This document shows, in pieces, positions 59,873-64,000 of a DNA stretch of 64,000 nt (its first letter is position 1; each line of letters begins with the position of its first letter). The DNA comes from an uncultured Pelagibacteraceae bacterium. Lineage in GTDB: Bacteria; Pseudomonadota; Alphaproteobacteria; Pelagibacterales; AG-422-B15. The position numbers were made by a program, and so were the translations under genes. The stretch lies in contig CABZHU010000002.1 in assembly GCA_902525575.1 (NCBI GenBank), positions 18,326 to 82,325 of the forward strand, in the 5' to 3' direction. The notes below the pieces were generated by a model. It worked only from the letters and a program-made list of their open reading frames with translations. It did no database searches and was not told the origin of the DNA.

Positions 59873-60680
59873 GTATTTTTATTCCAAATTCAGCTTTCTC
59901 TTTTCCTTGACCAAGGTTTCGCAACCAGAATGCTAACAAAACTATAAAAGTAGTAAACACAATTATAACCGCTCCTAAAGCCAATACATGAGGCAGTTTC
60001 TGAATAAATCTCATTTGAGCCCACATATACATAGGCAATGTTGCATCACTTCCAGTTAAGAAGAATGCCAGAACAAATTCATCAAATGAAATTATAAAGC
60101 TCAATAAAAGTGAAGCTATTATACCTGGTAGGTATAATGGAAGAGATACTCGGTAAAATGTCCCCCAAGCGTTTTCTCCAAGGTCTCTTGAAGCTTCCTC
60201 AAGTGAGAAATCAAATCCTTCTATACGAGCGATTAAGATAAGCATTGCGAATGGAGTGCAAAAAAGAATATGTCCTAAAGTTACCGGTACAAGTCCTAAT
60301 TTAAAACCGAGGCTCAACCAAATCACAAGTATTGCAACTGCTAAAATAATTTCAGGGATTAAAAAAGGGATCATAATGGCACCATAAGAAATATTTTGTC
60401 CTCTGAATTTATACCGTGCGAATGCTTTGGCCGCAAACAGTGCAATTGTTGTGCTGACAACACTTGCCACTACACCTACTTTGATGCTAGCCCAAAGAGC
60501 TTTATGTAAATTTGTTTTTGCCCACATTTCTTCATAATGCTCTGTTGTAAATCCTGAGAGGGGGAATGACATATAATTTGCGTCATTAAAACTAAATATT
60601 GGCAAGAATAAAACAGGAATATATAAAAATGCAAAATACAATAATGTGTAAATTAACAATGTATTATTTTTTTGCTCCAC
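59865..60680 (-). CDS. Polyamine ABC transporter permease (PotC-like)
   Basis: FLYIP...FSFN, EEASRDLG, SFDEF, TLP. Confidence 0.9.
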   Translation of the reverse strand: MEQKNNTLLIYTLLYFAFLYIPVLFLPIFSFNDANYMSFPLSGFTTEHYEEMWAKTNLHKALWASIKVGVVASVVSTTIALFAAKAFARYKFRGQNISYGAIMIPFLIPEIILAVAILVIWLSLGFKLGLVPVTLGHILFCTPFAMLILIARIEGFDFSLEEASRDLGENAWGTFYRVSLPLYLPGIIASLLLSFIISFDEFVLAFFLTGSDATLPMYMWAQMRFIQKLPHVLALGAVIIVFTTFIVLLAFWLRNLGQGKEKAEFGIKIHE

Positions 60681-61565
60681 TTATGAAATCCTCTGAGTAA
60701 GTTTTTTTGTTGTATATGAAACAATCATTGTCACTATTGCTACAGTAATAAGCATAATGGTCGCAGAAGCAGCCCCAAGAGGAAGATTATTTACTTTTCC
60801 AAAGTAGGCTTGAATCATATTTGACAGCATTCTACCGTCAGTTCCCCCAAGCAAAGCAGGAGTTACATAATCTCCAACAGTTGGAATAAAGATAATTAAT
60901 ATAGCGCCAATTATTCCAGGAAGAGATAATGGAAGAGTGATTTTCCAAAAAGTTTCTAGTCTTGACAATCCTAAGTCTCTGGCAGCTTCAATTAGAGAAA
61001 AATCTATTTTATCCAATGAAACATACAAAGGCAGTAAAGCAAATGCTGCCCATGCATGGGTGAGGGTTATAATAACCGCTGTCTCAGAATACATTAAAAA
61101 AGTGAGAGGTTCACTAAGCAGTCCTGCATTAATTAAGGAAGAATTAATAACTCCTTTTGTCCCAAGTATAATTTTCCAAGAAAAAACCCTCAAAAGATAG
61201 GATGTCCAGAAAGGTAAAGTCAATAAAACAAGCCATAGCATTTTATTTTTCTTTACGTAAAAAGCTATGTAATAACAGACAGGATATGCAGTAAGAAGAG
61301 TTACGAAAGTTACAATAAACGAAATCTTCACTGATTTTATAAGTAGTGAAACAAGCAAATTACTTTGAAAAAAATCAATGTACCTTGTGATAGTAAAAGA
61401 GTAGTCAATTTCTGTGAAACTGGTTTGAGTAAAAAAACTAAAACTTAACATTAGCCCTAAGGGTATAAGCATAGCTAAAGTAACTAAGATCAATGCAGGA
61501 GAAAGTAGTGAATAAGCTTTTGCAGGATCACTCCTCGCATAAAATGACTTCCAGACTTGCAACAT
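60681..61565 (-). CDS. Polyamine ABC transporter permease (PotB-like)
   Basis: LPFWTSYLLR, EAARDLG, FIPTVGDYVTPALLGG. Confidence 0.9.
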   Translation of the reverse strand: MLQVWKSFYARSDPAKAYSLLSPALILVTLAMLIPLGLMLSFSFFTQTSFTEIDYSFTITRYIDFFQSNLLVSLLIKSVKISFIVTFVTLLTAYPVCYYIAFYVKKNKMLWLVLLTLPFWTSYLLRVFSWKIILGTKGVINSSLINAGLLSEPLTFLMYSETAVIITLTHAWAAFALLPLYVSLDKIDFSLIEAARDLGLSRLETFWKITLPLSLPGIIGAILIIFIPTVGDYVTPALLGGTDGRMLSNMIQAYFGKVNNLPLGAASATIMLITVAIVTMIVSYTTKKLTQRIS

Positions 61566-61601
61566 AAGAAAATTTTAATTTATATAAATAATAGATGCAA
61601 T

Positions 61602-62957
61602 TTATATTTCTTTTTTACTTTTATCAGTAAAATTTGAATACCATAGATACAGTCTTAAGTACCATAATCTTAAAAAACCTAGTGGTATTTTAGGAGAGAG
61701 ACCCTGATAGACTTTTGATATATTTGTTTCCCCACTGTTGGACTCATAAATCATCTCAGCCAACTTCTTTCCACAATAAACTGTAGTATTGTTTCCATTA
61801 GCTTGATAGCCATAAGAAAACAGTACTGACTTATCATCATCTAGTGCACCGAATGCTGGGACGAAATCTCTAGTCATGACTACTGTACCTCTCCAGTAGT
61901 GATCAATATCTATATTGTTCCAATTAGGAAAAACTCCCTTAAATTTTTGAGTCATTAATTCTCTCATTTTCAGTGCACTTGCATCATCGCCATAAGTATC
62001 GCCTCTTGTACCAAATAACATTCTGTTAGAAGGCATTCTTCTGTAATAATATAAAATTTCTCTAGAATTACATATAGGATTTAACGTTTTATAGTTTTGT
62101 AACTTAAATTCATCATCACTCATTTCTCTAGTAACAATAATGTTTGATAGGACTGGCATCATTCTATTAGCAAAACTTGGGTGAAGTGATTCATCCGTAT
62201 AGCCGTTAGTAGCTACAACAACTTTATTTGCAGTAAGTGATCCACCTTCTGTTATTAATTTATGTGATCCATTTCTCTCCCATTTTTTTACTCTCGAAAA
62301 ACTATGCAATTTAGCACCGGCATCCACAGTTGCTGATGCAAACCCTCGCATAAATGCCATAGGATTCATTGCAAATCCAGCTTCTGTAAAAACTGCGCCA
62401 AATTGTTCTGTTGATTGGTGTCCAACTTCATCAAATTCTTCCTTAGGAATCCATTTTGTATTGATTCCAAAATACTCTTTTAATTCATTTCCCCATTCTT
62501 TTAATTCTTCGCTACTCGCTGGATGGTGGGCTACATCAAGGTTGCCATCACCTACTTTTTCACAATCAATATTATTTTCTGATATGATTGATGAAAGAAG
62601 TTCAACGCCCTCAATTTGAGATGAAAAAAATTTCTTTGTCTCTTCCATCCCAAACTTTTTTATTAATTGTGTCGTTGATAATTTTGTTGCTGGCAGGCAA
62701 CAAAAACCAGCGTTCCTTGCGCTGCTTGCGAAACCATAGTGCCCAGCTTCTAACACTCTTACATCTCCACCATAATTTTTTGCAATATGATACGCGGTAC
62801 TAATGCCTGTAAATCCGCCTCCAATGACACATACATCGCATGATTGATCGCCTATTAATTTTGGATACTTATTTTGATCAATGCCGCTGACCTCTTCCCA
62901 ATAGCTTTCAATGGGTTTATTGACATCGTATATTGCCTTATCATATAGTTGTTTCAT
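61602..62957 (-). CDS. FAD-dependent oxidoreductase (DAO family, PuuB/OrdL-like)
   Basis: VIGGGFTG, ASSARNAG, VATNGY, YYRR; upstream of the Pot permeases. Confidence 0.85.
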   Translation of the reverse strand: MKQLYDKAIYDVNKPIESYWEEVSGIDQNKYPKLIGDQSCDVCVIGGGFTGISTAYHIAKNYGGDVRVLEAGHYGFASSARNAGFCCLPATKLSTTQLIKKFGMEETKKFFSSQIEGVELLSSIISENNIDCEKVGDGNLDVAHHPASSEELKEWGNELKEYFGINTKWIPKEEFDEVGHQSTEQFGAVFTEAGFAMNPMAFMRGFASATVDAGAKLHSFSRVKKWERNGSHKLITEGGSLTANKVVVATNGYTDESLHPSFANRMMPVLSNIIVTREMSDDEFKLQNYKTLNPICNSREILYYYRRMPSNRMLFGTRGDTYGDDASALKMRELMTQKFKGVFPNWNNIDIDHYWRGTVVMTRDFVPAFGALDDDKSVLFSYGYQANGNNTTVYCGKKLAEMIYESNSGETNISKVYQGLSPKIPLGFLRLWYLRLYLWYSNFTDKSKKEI

Positions 62958-62982
62958 TCTATTTCTAGCGCCCTATGAAACT

Positions 62983-63201
62983 TTAATTTGGTATCCCATA
63001 TCGGACTATTTCACCATACTTTTTTGATGTAATCCAATTACCTTTTGTATCCTTTACGGAGGTAAGAAAATTAAATTCTTTTCTTTCTAAAACATAATCA
63101 GATTTTGGACCCCCAAATCTTTTTTTATTTTCAATAGCTGTTTCTGAAAAAGCTATTGTAGAAATAACAAAAAAGGTGACTACTGTGAAGAACGTTTTCA
63201 T
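62983..63201 (-). CDS. Small exported hypothetical protein, 72 aa
   Basis: Signal-peptide-like N-terminus MKTFFTVVTFFVISTIAFS; co-oriented within the cluster. Confidence 0.55.
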   Translation of the reverse strand: MKTFFTVVTFFVISTIAFSETAIENKKRFGGPKSDYVLERKEFNFLTSVKDTKGNWITSKKYGEIVRYGIPN

Positions 63202-63238
63202 GTTATATTGAATCGTAACCTCTTTATTACATTTAATA

Positions 63239-64000
63239 TTATGGTAACTTCATATTGGTAAAATACCAATCATAAAAATAGGTAACAGCCGACTCATTCT
63301 GAGAAAGAACCCCAGGACTAAAAGAATGAGACAATAAGCCATTTTGGTTATTTTCAATTATGGTTGTGTCGTGTGCAGTAGTTACGTCCCATATGTGAGT
63401 TAAATTTTCTTCATTAAAATCTATGCCCTCTTCAGCTTCCTCATTGACTAACCAAATCAATTCAACTTCAGATTGCAAAATTGATAATGGTTTAAATATA
63501 AACATAACTCCAAAGTCATTTGTAAAGTAACAACAGCCAAAAGGATTAAAACTTACTTGGGATAAACCACCATCAAATTCTTTAAACTGACCCATTAGTT
63601 TAGAGGCTGGTTTACCATCTTTAGTTTGTGATAAATTTCCATTACCAATGGGTGTACGGTCCACGTATCGATTTAATCCCTTACTTAATCCTTCTTCAGT
63701 TTCTAAATATGTTTTTGAGGGAATTCCTTTTGTTTTACAATCCTCAATCCATGGTTGAATCTTTTTTAAATATTCTTGTGTTTCTTTTTCTGGGGCCGTT
63801 CCAAGACCGGCACCCATGGTGAATACCCAGTCTTTTTCATGTACTGAGCATAGCTCTGGATGTGCTGGACCACAGTGATAGCATTCTTGGAAATTTTCTA
63901 GGACAAGTTTGAAATTAGCTTTCGTAGGATATTTTCGTCTAGCAGCAATCTTTGCCTTTTCAGGATTATGAAAATTTACAAGCTCAGTCAATGGAGCAAT
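63239..64000 (-). CDS. Rieske non-heme iron oxygenase alpha subunit (GbcA/Stc2-like), 5' end outside the window
   Basis: ANFKLVLENFQECYHCGPAHPEL, SQTKDGKP, WDVTTAHDTTIIENNQNG; the frame is open to the window edge. Confidence 0.88.
   Translation of the reverse strand: MAPLTELVNFHNPEKAKIAARRKYPTKANFKLVLENFQECYHCGPAHPELCSVHEKDWVFTMGAGLGTAPEKETQEYLKKIQPWIEDCKTKGIPSKTYLETEEGLSKGLNRYVDRTPIGNGNLSQTKDGKPASKLMGQFKEFDGGLSQVSFNPFGCCYFTNDFGVMFIFKPLSILQSEVELIWLVNEEAEEGIDFNEENLTHIWDVTTAHDTTIIENNQNGLLSHSFSPGVLSQNESAVTYFYDWYFTNMKLP

Noticed and set aside
1443-63822. Many short ORFs in the track that overlap long genes (e.g. 1443-1826, 33318-33854, 43796-44128, 53539-53805)
   Set aside because: They are antisense or alternate-frame shadows of well-supported genes and contain no recognisable motifs.
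1-64000. CRISPR arrays, IS elements, prophage genes, rRNA and long tandem repeats
   Set aside because: None were recognised by eye; intergenic regions are short and all long ORFs are otherwise accounted for.

Overview
AT-rich, gene-dense 64-kb segment of a streamlined marine alphaproteobacterium (SAR11/HIMB59-like, judged from gene content, gene order and minimal spacers; taxonomy is an inference). Core blocks: polA; pckA-chvI-chvG-ahcY-tsaE-amgK-murU; kdsD-lptCAB; tRNA-Ala(GGC); aroA-cmk-rpsA-ihfB-pyrF-trpFBA-accD-folC; trxA; rmuC-sbcB. Accessory modules: (i) TauD dioxygenase, alkyl sulfatase and a HupE/UreJ-PPIase-DUF3604 trio (14.7-23.4 kb); (ii) amtB with a long 3' hairpin with a C/U-rich loop; (iii) a LexA-boxed umuD followed by an in-frame umuC::RNase D chimera; (iv) a trigonelline-pathway-like operon (LLM monooxygenase, Xsc-like ThDP enzyme, TgnF/TgnD/TgnC-like genes); (v) an amine/polyamine cluster with two Rieske-oxygenase alpha subunits, one cleanly lacking the [2Fe-2S] subdomain. 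TrpB/TrpA carry non-canonical active-site residues. No CRISPR array, IS element, integrase or rRNA was seen. All calls come from motif recognition by eye; no database searches were run.
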